A stretch of 63,632 bases of DNA, counting the filler, from Sluysia triapertura (taxonomy: Eukaryota), in assembly GCA_046118255.1 (NCBI GenBank). It is 5 parts of 5 records of this genome, joined end to end, with 100 filler letters (N's around TTAATTAATTAA, not from the genome) between each part and the next. Parts side by side here need not be neighbours in the genome. Positions count along the whole stretch, not along the records: positions 22,690 to 35,072 come from JBJNIA010114641.1; positions 35,173 to 51,268 come from JBJNIA010210810.1; 3 more parts are not named here. One strand, written 5' to 3'. A model generated the notes under the pieces. That model was given only the letters and a program-made list of their open reading frames with translations, was not told the DNA's origin and ran no database searches. This document shows, one piece after another, positions 25,789-41,042 of the stretch. The translations under genes and the position numbers were made by a program. Numbering within the stretch: position 1 is the stretch's first letter; each line of letters opens with the position of its first letter.

Positions 25789-25896
25789 AAGAAATTAGGT
25801 AAATTAATCATTACTAATTATTTATATTATTCATTTCAGGTTCATATGAGGTTATTTAATTTATTATTATTATTATTACTATATTTTCAGATAACA
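25789..25896 (+). CDS. Candidate micro-exons (25789-25798, 25840-25850, 25891-) of an unknown gene
   Basis: cag|AAGAAATTAG|gtaaat..41 nt with TACTAAT..tttcag|GTTCATATGAG|gttatt..40 nt..tttcag|ATAACA; spliced this reads KKLGSYEIT. Confidence 0.35.
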
Positions 25897-27477
25897 GTTT
25901 TATAACAATTTAATGGTCTAATAACAAATGTGATTTAACGTCTATTTCTGATATAATAAATTTATTGCTAATGGTTTGAGCAACCACAAGATAATCAAAT
26001 AAATATACAAGAGATAATTCGTATTTTATAGTATTACTCTCGATTAATATTGATGATTATATATTTTAAAAAAGATTTAATGCGTAGCTTAAGGCTACTA
26101 TCAAAAATGTATAAAAGGTTTAATATATTCTACCCTTGCTTTAGAAAGGAAAACTTTTTAACAATAAACTTATGGTTTAATCACAAAATTAGAGATAACA
26201 TCGATCCCACAAGTCTGTTTGGCAAGTCGAATGTTGAGTGTAGAGATGTAACAACTAATCCCGAGTTACTCAATTTATGATCGAATGGTACAGTCGATTT
26301 ATTTCTGTTAACTCCACATCGATTTTCAAACTGATAATTCAAATATGATTTATTCAAATTAAAATTGAATAGTGTTTTCTTTACCTCAAGTCAAAACCTT
26401 AGTCGCAGTTTACTGTTGTCGTTTTAGTGAATAAAGGCGTGAATATTACGTTTATATACAAATTTTTTATTTTAGAAGATGAACATTGCGCCCATAATTT
26501 ATTTATTTTATAAGAAATATGGGCCTACGTCCTAAATATATGCCCTGAAATGATGAATTAGTTAACTTGATATTATTATTATTTAATTTACTAATTTTAT
26601 TATTGTTATAATTATTATCATAATTAATATTATTATTATTATTATTAATTTAATTATTCATTTAAATAATTTGTTTAGAAGTGTCCTACATTAAAAAGAT
26701 GTTTCTGAATAAAAACTTTGTAAGATATTAAAGTAAATTAAATATAAATCATTGAAACTGTAAAAAACCAAAAATGGAATCGAATAATGGAAATATAGTT
26801 TTGTATAGATTATGATTCTAAAGCTCAGATGTTATGTAATTCAAGATCATTTATGTTCAAATCCATATTATGTCTTACAGCATATATTGGATAAAATGTG
26901 CGACATAATCAGTAATGGATATCTCTATCTTTCATCAGTGATTGTAAAAATAATTTTCATCAACGACTTACTTAGTAAAATTAATAAAAGTACAAAACCA
27001 TATGATAAAAAAGTAATATTCACTCAATCCAGAATTGGCAATTATTTAATTAGGGAAAATAAGCAACCATATTAATATTAAAGCTAGAGAGAGATATTTT
27101 GTTCCAAATTTCATAATTAAAAAATGAATTGAAAAAAACAGAAATATATAAATTAAGGAATAAAAACAAAATATAAACTACATGGAATTTTTTAAACCCG
27201 ATTATCAAAGAAAAGTTTGCCGGAGAAAAATATGTTTTAAAACACATAAATGTGCAAAATATATTTACATGTCTACTTCAAAAATTTAGTGTGCCAAGAA
27301 ATCATGTACTTTCTATTAAAAAATATAAGGCCTAATTTGTGTATAACTTTCAACGATTTTATTATAATTATAATAATAATAATTATTATTATTGTTGTAA
27401 TTATTATTAAATATGATAAATTATGATGGGAATTGAAAACAGACAAGATTTTATCAACAGATTTTTGTAGTTTTCTG

Positions 27478-27538
<61 letters not shown>

Positions 27539-30500
27539 TTTTTTACAATAATCGGAATAATACTATTATTTCTTTTTTTTACTTTTAACATTTTGTTATT
27601 GGTTGTTTCTAGTTGAAATATTAAATTAATATTTTTAAATTATTTTATTAAAATTAATGTTTAAAATATAATGTTTCTAAAATATAATGTTATTAATTTC
27701 ATCGCTTTTGTTATTTTTTATTTAAAAACATCTAACCATCAATGTTATAGGTAGTTTTATTGCTTGATCTGTCTTCTCTTTGACGTTTGACAAATGTTTT
27801 ACTGTTATTTTCTAAAAATAATATAAACATATTTTAATATTTAATATGATATAATTAATGCGCTTAAAAAAATATTTTTAATTCTATTTTTGATTAATTA
27901 TTGTTGATCAGCATAGAAAGCCGGTGAAGCTAATGATGTAGTCATTGCAGTTGAACAGCGACAGCACATGAATGTATCGGGATAGTCGCGGAAGGGATTA
28001 ATTATAAAAAATGTATGTTAAATGTCTTTATCTATCAACGATTATTTTTTATTTTAATTAGTAGAAACTTAAATTAAATTTAAAGTGTAAATTATGTTTT
28101 AAGTATATTTTAAAATGTCTAAAATATTTAAAGTAATCTAAAATATAAATTAAAATTTAAAAAATTAAATTAGAACTTACTCTTTTAGTCAATATCCTTA
28201 AAGAAATATTCTGATACGTCTAAGAAAATAAACCAAAATAAATCAACATGAAGATACTTCAAAGATTTATCAATAAACAGCAAAGAACGTCTTGAAAAAA
28301 TAAGGAAACATACGAAAATAATCAAAAAAAACGATACGGATTAAACAAGAACAAAGAACAGGTGGTGTTAATAAAATGGTAATGAAAAAAAGGAATACTA
28401 ACTGTGGTGAACTCAAAACCAAAGCATATTTCTCGTAAATAAAATCTTAAACAAACTTCAACACAATTTAACACAAAATAATAACATACATAAAACTGAA
28501 ACAATCTTCACACGATATAGCAACACAAATTCAACATATCTTCACAGTAACAGTCATAATAATGTTAACAATATGTATTTCAACAAATCCACACAGATAT
28601 AAACTTAAATTTAATATTATTACTAAATTGCTATTGTTGTGTCATTGTTATTAATATTAATATTATATTATTGTTACCGTATTATTGCTACTTAGTGTTA
28701 TTATTGTTATTATCTTCCTAACCTTCTATTTTTCCCACTATCAAAATTACATTTAGTTTACATTATTTAGTTTATATTATTGCCTATTACATCGCTAAAT
28801 AGGCAATATCAGTGTCGTAGTATATAGTCGCTTTTATTCTAAAATAGAGTTTAAAATTAGAAATTATCTTTCTATTGATTTTAAAACTTATAAATTTATG
28901 CATTGATTTCACATTATTCATTAATCGTCATTATCATGATTACCTGAAGATAAATTCGACAATATTTCAAATGATTTGCTCATTTCTTTATATCCGACGC
29001 ATTGACAATCAAATGTTAATAAATTGAAACTTTAAAACTTTCCTCCACATCAAGAAAGGATAGATTCTGCTGTAGTATCAAGATATCTTTATAACGATTT
29101 ATTCAACTATCAATGAAAGTCCATCTCATTTTAATTATGGAACAATAGAATATAGCACTTATTATGTACTGAAGTAACTTATTCAGCTATGAATGTGTAC
29201 AAACTGCGATGATTTAATGTTAAACATTTATTATTATCATTACATTATTATAATCATTATTATTATCTTTATAACTCAACTAAAAAATAAAATGTATGTA
29301 AAAAAATTAAAAAATATGCTTAATGATAAACTGCTATGTTACCACCAGTACCTTATGCTAAATTACGACCAATAAATAAAAAACAGTAATTATACAAAAT
29401 AATTTGAAGTAGCGTACAAATATTGATGAAATTATAACAGATTCAGATAAGTTTGTTTTTCTACAACTTACAATAATTAGTATCAATTTTAAACGCTATT
29501 CATTGGAAGATTTTCGTTTTGAACCATTTCTACCATTTACACCTGATTTAATATCAATTACAATTGATATATTATAAGCCGTCACACTCAACAATAATGA
29601 TGATTGTGTAAAATTGCGCAACGAAGCGTATATATTATGCGTGAATTCACTAGTTATAATATTATAATTTTATTGTTAAAAATCCTACAGTAAAACATTA
29701 AATTTACGCAAAATATCTAATGTTGAATAATTAGAGACTATTAAATGTATTATTGTACAAACATCACGTACTGAAATAGATTCAACTACGTATTTTAATA
29801 ATTTCGGAAATATCTCTTATTCAAGGTGCTAAAAAGTAGCTATTGCGAAATTATATGATTCACGTTTAATTAATTTTGAAGAAACTGTTTATTTATTTAA
29901 AAGTGAATGTTGTGATATTCTGCGAGCAGCTTCAACGGAAGCCATTTTAGAACAATTAGAAAAACATCAATATATCTTTGTTAGATTTATGTTCAATTCG
30001 TTTATATTTATCTTTTATGGGTTCAGTAACCCTTAAATTCCATATTAATAGTTTTTCCAGGCCTAAATCTGGCTTCAAATCTCTTAAATGCAAAAGAAAT
30101 TAAAATTAAAATTAAGAAAAATTAAAACGAAAGAACCAACACAGCCTCCTTTAAACTAACATAGGCTAACTCAAGGGGAATGTAAATAAATAAGTTGTAC
30201 GGCTAAAGTTATATTACAATATAGAAGTTGACCACGTAATAACAAAAATGCATATGTATATAATTAACTATGTATATAATTAACTATGAAATGAAATTCG
30301 TTGCATAATAAAATTAACTATAGGATGGAATTAGCTGTAAAAAAGATACTATACAGTAAAATTACTAAATTAAATGGCCATATTTTATCAACTAGAAAAA
30401 CATATATTTAATTATCTACATTTAATATGTATCATTAAAAATGAACTAAATGTAAGAAAATATAAGTAACCCAATTATAATACACATGTTTAATTGAAAT

Positions 30501-31449
30501 AGAGAATTTGACAGAAAGTGAAGATGAAAATAATGGTCTATGTAAAAAAAACTTTCTTTGGATAGAAATAAACAGTTTACAACAATTTATTACTTTTCTA
30601 ATTTTTTAATACGCAAATAGCCTATTATGTATGGGTTTTTAATTACTTGAATACAAGTATTACAAGCCACCATTTACACAATCTAATACGTTAAAAGGTA
30701 TTGAGATTAATGAAGTTATTCTGAATCTTCCTAATGCTCACAATCGGCTATGAGTACAAAATTTATGATATTATTGAAATTAATTGTAAATGATCCTAAT
30801 AGTTGCGTCACATGCTGAATAAGTACAGTGTCTAAATTTGATATTAAAATAATCTAAGAATTAAAATAAAATTGGAATTAAACTTAAATATGAAACAGTC
30901 ATTTAATAAAATAAAAATTCAATTTCTCAGTGAAATTTCATATAGCCTGTATTATGATGTACATTTAGAAAATTGTGCACTCCATCTCTACTAATTTTAT
31001 CGTAACTTGGATTGATTTGAAACTTTCGTAAAGTAAAATTTATTTGATAAAACCACATTTAACTAGAGTTAATTAATATGAAAATTTTAAAAATACACTC
31101 TCACTCAGTTAGAATGCTTATAGCCTAAATAAAAGTTAATGTTCATAATCATTAAGTAATTGTTAGTAAAAATGTAACATTTTCGATAATTGCCAATTTT
31201 TATCCGTTGATATTTTAAATATAATAAATTCATAAGTTGTATTACAAAGGGCATACCAATACTTTTTAATTCTATAAAAACATTACATTATTAATATTGT
31301 TTAATAATAGAGTAAATGCACGGTTCTGTCGGAATGTATAATAAATCTTTTCAATTTATTGCATAAGGTTACGTCTACAGTGTTAAAATGTTAAAACGTG
31401 AACATAATGTAAAATTAATAATCATTAATATAAATATTAGTTCAATAGG

Positions 31450-31931
31450 TAGGGTTACCATTTTTTATCGCCAAACCGGGACGGTCAAATTTTTTTCAAC
31501 ACCCCTCCCCCCTCCCCAAAAAAAATATTTTGCGTTTTTCATTGTACATATATAATTAATTAATCAAATAACACTTATTAACTTAAAATCACAAAAAATG
31601 AGAAGTCATAAAAAATAATAAAAATCACAAAAAATTACAAAAATCACAAAAAAGTGGAGGTAGGAACTAAAAGCGTCATAGCTGGGTTTAATCGGATTAA
31701 CAGATTTGGACTATGTCACCCTGACTTTGTAATTATAACTGTACAGGTATGCTTCGGGGACGATCCAATTCTGTTAACCTGCATTAAACACAGCTTTGAC
31801 GCTCATAGTTCTGACCTCCAATGATAAAAAAACACAAAAAAATTATATAAATATATAAAAACCGGGACATTTTTAACAACCGGCCGGGACGCCGGGACAA
31901 GTTCTTAAAACCGGGACGGTTGGAAACCCTA
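31450..31931. mobile_element. Non-autonomous hAT-like DNA transposon
   Basis: TIRs TAGGGTTACCA / TGGAAACCCTA, with CCGGGAC subterminal repeats (1 left, 4 right). No clear 8-bp TSD. Confidence 0.75.
31655..31820. mobile_element. Fold-back element nested in the hAT-like element
   Basis: Arms of about 55 bp: TGGAGGTAGGAACTAAAAGCGTCATAGCTG...TTAACAGATTTGGA and TCCAATTCTGTTAA...CAGCTTTGACGCTCATAGTTCTGACCTCCA. Confidence 0.75.
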
Positions 31932-32415
31932 TAAATTAACCTTTCATGAAGATGTTAGTTTAAATATTAATCATATGAACTTTAATCACAACTGTTATTT
32001 ATCTTTTCAACAACTTAATAAACTAAGAAAATATAGGTGCTTAATCACAAACCCCTATAAACTTGACTATGTTTACTTATATTTGACTTATTTTTGTTGA
32101 AAGTATTCATAAATACTATCTATCTTTGAACAAAGAGTATTGTTGAAAGCAAATGCAATATCCGTGTAAGTAATTAAATAGATATAAAATGTGGTTAAAG
32201 TAAAATCTTGTTGCTTAAAAGTTTATTAATTATTTACGCGGGAATATTGATATAAATACATTTCTTATATAAACTCTATTTTCTAAATTTTAGATTAGAA
32301 GAAAGCGATATTGAAATTGAAATTACAGTTATATAATTGTTACACTATAATCTCTAACAGCAAAGACGAGTTTAAAGAATTCATGATATCATGTAAATCA
32401 ACCACGTTAAAATTT

Positions 32416-32482
<67 letters not shown>

Positions 32483-34984
32483 AATAATAGTCAAACCTGT
32501 GAATTTCAAAGTATTGAAAATCCCCTTTAATTAAATCATGGAATTTCGTTTGAGAGGTAGTTTTATTATCATCAGCTTCAAAATTGGAATTCAAAATAAA
32601 TTGTGCAAAACAAGATTGATTAGACAAGAATGTCTCGTAATTACCAGACTGGAATTAGATATAATAAAAACAAAATGCGTGATATTATCTATATAAATAT
32701 AAAAGTTAATTTAATATATATCATGGTACTCGGTGACAGCAAGTACGGTAAAAAAATTGGCATATGTTGAGAATAATAAATTATAGTAGATATTAACATT
32801 TTTGAAGAGCTAATAATATATCATCAAATAATAATCAAAAATGTAATTTTTTGAAAATAAATCAGCAATAAAAAATTTACTTTCAATCGAGCTAAAAGGA
32901 AATTATAGGGTTTTGCTTTCTATGTTGTTAATTAAGAAACGTTACTCAGCTTAGAAGTGTTAGATGGTGTCCTTAACCTTAGTTTAACAATTGTGTGGTC
33001 CTAATAAAATTTACAAAAAATACAAACTAGAAATATTAAACAAAAAATGAATTACTATAAAAAGCCTAAAAATGAAATATTGAAAATTTTTTGTTAAGTA
33101 TGACAAAAAACGAAATACAGTTTTTATATTTATCACTTATGCAGATAATACATTACGGTTAATTATTTAGCCAATAAATTTAGACTAAATAATTTATCTA
33201 GAAAAAAGAAAATAAAGGAAAAAAATAAAAAGAAACACACAATGGAACTTAACACATTTAACAAAGAGAGAAGTTTGTGAATAAGACTAAAAGCGTTAAA
33301 ACTGAAATAGAAGCAAAAGGATTTTTCATTAAATTGGAAATGATAAAATGAATACAGCAGACACTAAATGTAATATAAAAGAAAATTTACTGTTACGGTA
33401 ACATTGTCCTATAAATTTTGTCACAATAATAATATAATTATTATACAAATAATAATTCATAATTTTAAAGTAGGATTATTAAATATGTAGTTACTAACAT
33501 TGCATTTAATTAAAGAATAAACATGACACTTAGAGGGTTTTAGAAATACAATTAACAGCAAATTAATAATTTTCATTAGAAAACCTAAGGAATTATTATT
33601 TTTATCAATGAATAAATTTAAAATCTTTCAACAACAAATTTATAAACTTAAAATCTTTAATAAAATAAAATTTACATTTATGCCGACAGAAAATATATTA
33701 AATTTTAGATAAATTTTTGGGTTTCTAAATCACGAAAATAAAAACACACGAAGCGTTTATTAAAGAGCTTGCATAAAGATTTATTCAAATATTTAATCAA
33801 ATCCTTCATATGTACTGTTAGGTACGCACATTAAATCGAATAAGCAACTGTAACAAGTACCCAAGAACACTCATCATCTTGCTCAATATGCAACTTCATC
33901 TGAAAGTATCAAATAAGTTAGATACATGTTCTGGTTCTACGGAGAGATATTTCTTTTTGAATGAATTCAGAGTATCATCAACTAGTGCATAATCATTGTC
34001 TAATTAACATTGAACTTCTTTTACTAAAGATTTAACAACACAAGCCTTAGCCTAAAACTGCCATATTGTTTTCCATGAACGATATAAATTTAAATTCACT
34101 AAATAAGCGTATATTAAAATAACTATCATCTGTACTTTCAATTATTTATTAATAAAATCAATTATTTATTATTAAAATTGGTGTAAAAGGAAAGTAAGAT
34201 GGTGAAAAATTGAATGTGAATTTAATATTTATCATTGTACTTTTGAAAGGTGTAAGAAGGTTTTGAATTATCACAATAATAACAAGGCTCAAAAGTATAA
34301 TAATAATAATAATAAATTACAATATTATTAATAATAATGTAAACATTAATAATGCATACAATCTAATATTGTTACATTATAATACAATATAATATTATTA
34401 CAACTATATATTGAATATAATAATGCATACTGCATACAAACTAATTTTTAACTACAGTTATAATATACTACTCAATAATTTAACCGCAGCTGACATTATA
34501 CAAACTATTAAGTCGGATATTACTAGTTAATAATTTAATCATAGTTGATATACCATGCAAAATGACAATACAATTAAGAGGAATGTGATTTTAATATAGA
34601 AAATGTAAAAAGAGATAAAAGTAAAAATTTATGGAATAAAATTGAAAGATATATAAAAGATAAATTTGCTATAAATCCCAGGGTATTTCAATTCAAATCT
34701 AGAAACTTTGAAGAATAATTTTTAAAGAAAATTTTCTGAAGAAATTTATAGCAAGATTAACATTTTTATAAAGATCCGAACAAAAGTGATAAGTTGAATT
34801 TACTAATCTATTTCGGACGAGTCGCTGAGTAGATTGATAATTTATTAAATAAATATGACAATATGGTTGGACCTCATATTGTAGTAAGTATATCAAAAAA
34901 TAAATTTTTCGTTCGTAAACCGTAATTGAATTTTGATATATTATAAAATAAAAATCAATTAAATGTGTTTCCTCTTAGTATATA

Positions 34985-35072
34985 CATTTGAATCAGCTTA
35001 ATCGGACCAGCCGCTTATTTGGACCACTTTTAAAAGTCCCGAATCCAATCCAATATATTATTAGATAAAAGT
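34985..35072. mobile_element. pogo/Tigger-like terminus running into a gap
   Basis: TA-CATTTGAATCAGCTTAATCGGACCAGCCGCTTATTTGGACCAC, with the internal GCTTA..GGACCA repetition typical of pogo ends. Confidence 0.5.
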
Positions 35073-35172
35073 NNNNNNNNNNNNNNNNNNNNNNNNNNNN
35101 NNNNNNNNNNNNNNNNTTAATTAATTAANNNNNNNNNNNNNNNNNNNNNNNNNNNNNNNNNNNNNNNNNNNN

Positions 35173-35270
35173 ATCGAAAACTAATACGACCAAATCGAAA
35201 ACTAATACGACCAAATCGAAAACTAATACGACCAAATCGAAAACTAATACGACCAAATCGAAAACTAATA
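35173..35270. repeat. 21-bp minisatellite (ATCGAAAACTAATACGACCAA), about 4.7 copies, at a gap edge
   Basis: Identical tandem units. Confidence 0.95.
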
Positions 35271-36890
35271 TTAAAATAGAAAATCCTCGCAGCTTGACTT
35301 TGTCTAAAAAACTCTGAGCTCTTGTCGTGCTTAAAAAACTTGTGTTGTTTCGTGTTTATGTTAGAGCTTTTATACTCTTTTGATTTTACTAATATAACCT
35401 ATTAAATAATATAATATCCGATAAATAATTATTTGTATACTTCCTTTTAATCATAAATAAACATAAAATAATATAAATAAATTCCATAATTTTCAGATGA
35501 ATATTCATAATTAAGGATTTCCGTGAAAAATTAAAATATAAATAAATAAAGATTTTTAAATAAATAAAGATTCTAATTTCCGTTTTTTAGACTAATAAAT
35601 GTTTTGTAAACTTTGATTTTTTAATTAAATTAAATTTTATTAATTTTAAAATTAAGATTATTATTATTATTTACAGAATAAAATTATTATTATTTAATAA
35701 TATCTTTACATTATTATTTACAGAAGTATCATAAATTATTTTTACATTATTATTTACAGAAGTATCATAAATTATTTTATTTACAAAAGGAATAAAAAAA
35801 AATAGACTTCTGATGAGTTTATTACTTAACTTCAACAATTATGATTAATAGTTAAAATTTATTTATAGGTTCAAATGTAATCCAGTGATTAATATCTCTA
35901 GGAAGACACGGTTACAGGTAGATGTCAAAATGCTGCGTAAAGAGTGTCTTTATATAAATGCTCGTTATTCTAAAAATCACTTGTTTTAAAGAAGAAAATT
36001 TTAATAATCTTTGCTTTGCAAAGGATTACTTTGAAACATTTCTTAATTTAGTTTTGTGCGGTAATTAAATATGTTTTCTAAATTTTATACAAAATTTTAA
36101 CTACAATAATAAAAAAATTAATATACTTTTATACTAATAATAAAATATTGACTCTGAAGCCCTAATAACTTTAGATTAATAATATTTTTTAAGTCAGGAT
36201 TAATTCTTAACTTTACATGTTGCTTTAAGTTTAAGTCTGACTTTAAAACTTAACTATAAACTTACGATTTCGTAGACATAATATGGATAATATTGGTGAT
36301 GAATCTTTTCTATTGTAGTCCCAATTAATACCTAAAAATCTATTTCAATAATTCTATATGAATTTTCACCAAAGTACCAATGCATATGAATTTACACAAA
36401 TCGATTCCAATGACTAAAGATCCAAATAAAATTTGCAAATGTGCGAGCACAATAATTGTAGTTGATAGCGATTTAGAGGTTGGTAATGTATTTTAAAATT
36501 ATTTATGAAATTATTAAAGAGTAATTCATAATTTTGAAACAACTTCTTATTATATTAGATATCTTTAAAATATTTACACGTGAGAAAATATTAAAATAAT
36601 GTTTAATACATAATAAAGAAAGCACCAATGAATTTAATAAATATTTGTTCAAAAACACACAATTTGGATGACCGTAAATGTTTATTAATGCTTGAACATG
36701 TTACAATCCATACTCTGAGAGTTTCTTTTAAAGATAGAATAACAATAAAATTATAATCGTGATAAACTAATAATAATAATAATTGTAATGTATAATAATT
36801 TACTTAAAAAAGGTTTTTCGAGATATACTATAAGATTGTCGAGTAAACGAGAGAATTCATTGATCCACATACTTGCCATACACTTATCTG

Positions 36891-37337
36891 TTACCAAAGT
36901 AGCTGGTGAATTAAAATTGCATCCGGTAGGATTAAAAATTCTTTGGATATCATCAGTTGATAGTTAAAAATTATGTAGACATTAACATTAAACTCAAGAT
37001 TAAATAAAATCTTATTATAAAGAGCATGAGAATTTAGAAATTGGTGAATAATAACATCAATTAGGTAAGTTGGTACCTCTTTTATTAATTTGAAAATCAC
37101 CAATATAACAATTTCATCATTAAGATTATGTTTGATTTGAGATATGATATTCTTAAGCGTTAAAATGGAATAAGTAAACGAACCTAAGAAAACGATATCA
37201 ATAATACAAGGTTCAAACGTTGTTAGGAATTTTAATTCATTTGGTATCATATTCATTGGTCGGTTAACTTGATCATATGAATTAATCTGTAAAAGATTCA
37301 TGATCTTATAATTCTTATCAATTATAATAAAATTCAT
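36891..37337 (-). other. 148-codon ORF of unknown status (exon or pseudogene fragment)
   Basis: Long for such AT-rich DNA. No recognisable domain and no splice model. Confidence 0.25.
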
Positions 37338-40300
37338 TAGTTTGATTGATTAATTTCTAAACAAAAAATAGATCAAATAATAGAGGATGATGATCAACTA
37401 AAGATGTTTTTATCATAAGAATTCAGTACTAACAACTTTAAATGAATTAAGTAATTCGTCTTTTAGTATAAAATTCTCAATAAACGTTTTCTAAATTAAC
37501 TTTGATTATGATTGAACAGTAACTTAATCACCTTAATTGAGGAGTGCACTTTTTAGCTAAAAAATATACCTGTGTCTAAAATATTGTGAGTATAACTAAA
37601 TTAATTGAAATTAATGTCATTGGATGGCCATTAAAGAGTGGTTAGGAGTAGTAGTATCCACGCAATATAATTAAAAGTTAAATAATCAACCGGCGATACT
37701 GACAATAAATGTAATTATAGCTTCAAAANNNNNNNNNNNNNNNNNNNNNNNNNNNNNNNNNNNNNNNNNNNNNNNNNNNNNNNNNNNNNNNNNNNNNNNN
37801 NNNNNNNNNNNNNNNNNNNNNNNNNNNNNNNNNNNNNNNNNNNNNNNNNNNNNNNNNNNNNNNNNNNNNNNNNATACATGTCTTCTTTTCTTTATGTCTT
37901 TAAAAAAATATTTCTTTATATTCTTAAAAAAACAAAACTTGGTTCTATTTATGATTCTTGAATGAAAAAAAGAAAATGTAAAAGGAATTTATGAAAGAAT
38001 ATCTAAAGAAGGTAACAACGTAGTTAAAGGTTTTAAAAGAAATTCCATTTAAATTGCTATGATATTTGAATATGAATTACACATTTAATGATTTTTAATG
38101 CAATAAAGCTGAAGTGTTACAAAAATGATTGTTAGAGGAAAAATACATGTGATGAAATAAAAAAATATAAAAAGAAATTAACGAAATTGGAGATGTTAAA
38201 AGAAATTCCATTTAGATTATTGTCTGAGATCAGTAACACCACTGAGATGATAAATACCGATATAATTAAGTAACGAAGATCATAAACTAAATTTAGTTTA
38301 GTTAATGCAGAAAAAGTCTTGGATTCAAGAAAAGAGAAAGGCTCTTGTTTAACTACTCAAACAAGAAATTGTAAAGTCATCAGACATTGGCAATTTTTTG
38401 ACACAAAAAGTACGTATTTTTGTCAAAATTAAATTTTATGCATATTAATTTAAGAATTAAACTTTATGTATATGTGATTTTTAAATTAATTACAATACTA
38501 ATTATAAAATGAAAATGGAAAAGTTAATTTCTAAACTAATGAAAATATTAAATTCGTAACGTATTAGTTGTTTTTTAATGGAAATAGCAAATTATAAAAT
38601 AAAAGTATAATTTGGTTAATTGTTTGTAATTAATTTTTAATGTATTTTCTTTTAGGTTAATGAATTTTTTATTTTTAAAATTTTTAATTGATTAATGGAG
38701 GTTCACATTAAACAAATTCAACATAGAAAATTGGAACGAATTCTAATATATTCTGGGTTGTTTGACAATTTTCCACCAGTTGTTACTATTATTGATTTGG
38801 TATTCAAAGTCACTTCTTGATTAATTCGATTATTATTATCATTTCGTATTCACCGATTGCTTCTCGGTTGATTCGGCTATTACGATCATTCAGTGTTCAA
38901 CGAAATCTAAATCGGTCAATTTGGCTTTTAATAATATTGGATCTGTTTGACAATTTTAATTTACAATGCTTTACTGATTAAATTGATTGAGATTACAATT
39001 TAAGAGGAAACAACAATCGATGATGACGTAGTTTATTTTTCTTTGTATCAAAATTCGTATGTTTTTGTTCTGTAAAGTATAAATTACACTTAAATTTTAT
39101 AAAATTTGATGCTGGCTTAAGCTCGTGATAAAATCACTCTTAAAATATTAAAAGTTAGTGTTAGATTTAAATCTATTGTTATGAATTTTCTTTATATTAA
39201 TTTTTTAATATTATTATTTTGTAATAACTATTCATTTTTGAATTAAAGAATTTTGTTCGTATTGTAGAAAATGTTTTTTTCATTTTCATTTAATAGCATT
39301 ACTAAACTTTAATTTTAATAAAATTATAATTCACGATTGTCATTATCATTTTGATCGTTACCACTATTGACACTAGAAATTCGATAACAAGCTCAAAGGT
39401 TATTGAAACTCAATGTAAAAGTTCACGTTGTAATTAAAAAGTCCTTTAAAGTTTATATCAAAATTTCTAACATCACGAAACAAAAAGAAAATAAAGACAA
39501 ACACAATAATTACAAGCATTATTTTTCAACATCCATTTTGAATTTACCATCTGTAAAATAATATTTAGCATCTAACACTTTTGGATCATTTTAACCACCT
39601 CTGGTTTCGTTTTGGCATCCTGATCATAGAAATCATACGATAAAAAGTATGATTTCTAAGTATTACAATTATTAAAATCATAATATTTATAAAAAAATGA
39701 ATTTATATTTTACATGTTAAAATTTTTTCATCTGTGGAAGTAATCAAAATATTTTTGATTTAACATTTTTATTTTCTTTAATGTTAAAAGGAAATTTTAA
39801 AATATGTTTGAAAAGTAAAGACATCAATAGAACAAAAACTTTTTTAGGTAATATTGAAAAATTTCAGAATCAGATTGTGTGGCCTTTTTACTTGTTTGGT
39901 TTAATTAATGCTGAAGTAGACGTAAGGGTTATAGCTTATAGTGTAAAAATAAAAGATTGTTGAGGAATTAAGATAAAACATTACAACGAATTGTGATAAT
40001 GAAATAAGTGTATAAAATATTTAAAACCAAATAAATGAAAGAAAGAAACCTTTATAAGACTTGTTAAAATATAAAAGTACATTTATTAATTAATTTAATA
40101 ATTTGGTGAAAAATATCTGAACATGATAAAGTAACATTAAAATTAGTGTGTAATGTTGAATTTTATTAGTATTCCTAATGTTGAAATGTTACGAAACATG
40201 TCGACGCAAATAACGTTAATTAGTTATTTTAATTAGTTTTTTATAATCTAAAATTAAATTTATTTATGTTGTAATACCTAAGTATAATTAAAGTATATAT

Positions 40301-40565
40301 TAAATTGATGCTCACGAAAATAACAACTTGGACATGTCATTGAGATCGACGTGAGATATATGGATGACGCATAATGTATTGTATAGAAAAACTTCATTAA
40401 GAAAATAAATTTAATATGACTAGTTTTATGTTCATTTTAAGATGGTGAATTATTTTAAGAGTAAACATTACATTAATAATGTTATTAAATTTTGATTTGA
40501 TTATAATAATTCGTCACACATCCCATTATCTTTAGGTAATTGCGGAAGCAAATTTGAAATTGACG

Positions 40566-40664
40566 GAAATTGCTGTCAATTTAATACTGAAATTGCTGTC
40601 AATTTAATACTGAAATTGCTGTCAATTTAATACTGAAATTGCTGTCAATTTAATACTGAAATTG
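40566..40664. repeat. 23-bp minisatellite (GAAATTGCTGTCAATTTAATACT), about 4.3 copies
   Basis: Identical tandem units. Confidence 0.95.
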
Positions 40665-41042
40665 GTCTGCAACAAACTGTTTGGCTGCGTTTACTAAAGT
40701 TATCAATGATCATTTTGAAATAGGTTTTTCTGTAGAGATAACAACTCTTCGATATTCGATGTAAAAGCTGCGATTTAATACGGTGATATCTTCGCGATAT
40801 TAGTTGCATGATAAGACAATGAGTAAGGTTATAATTGTCGAATTATTGATCGGAACATACAGTGACGATTGAATAATGCGAATGATACGAATTAACAGAA
40901 AAATAATATCAGAAATAATTTATACACGACTTTTGTTTATATTTTTATTTAAAACTTTTAATATGATCCAGTTTAATCACTTTTATGTGATTTAGTTAAA
41001 TACTAAATACTTCATAATTTCACATTTAAAATAAAATTATAT

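Noticed and set aside
32415-32627. ORFs with poly-L, poly-N, poly-I or poly-Y (also 47424, 55217, 55471, 22642, 60792)
   Set aside because: They are products of (AAT)n microsatellites or N-gaps.
37874-38450. piggyBac C-terminal Cys-rich relic (RNCKV…KSTYFCQN)
   Set aside because: Too few conserved cysteines, and no TTAA-CCC end or DDD core was seen.
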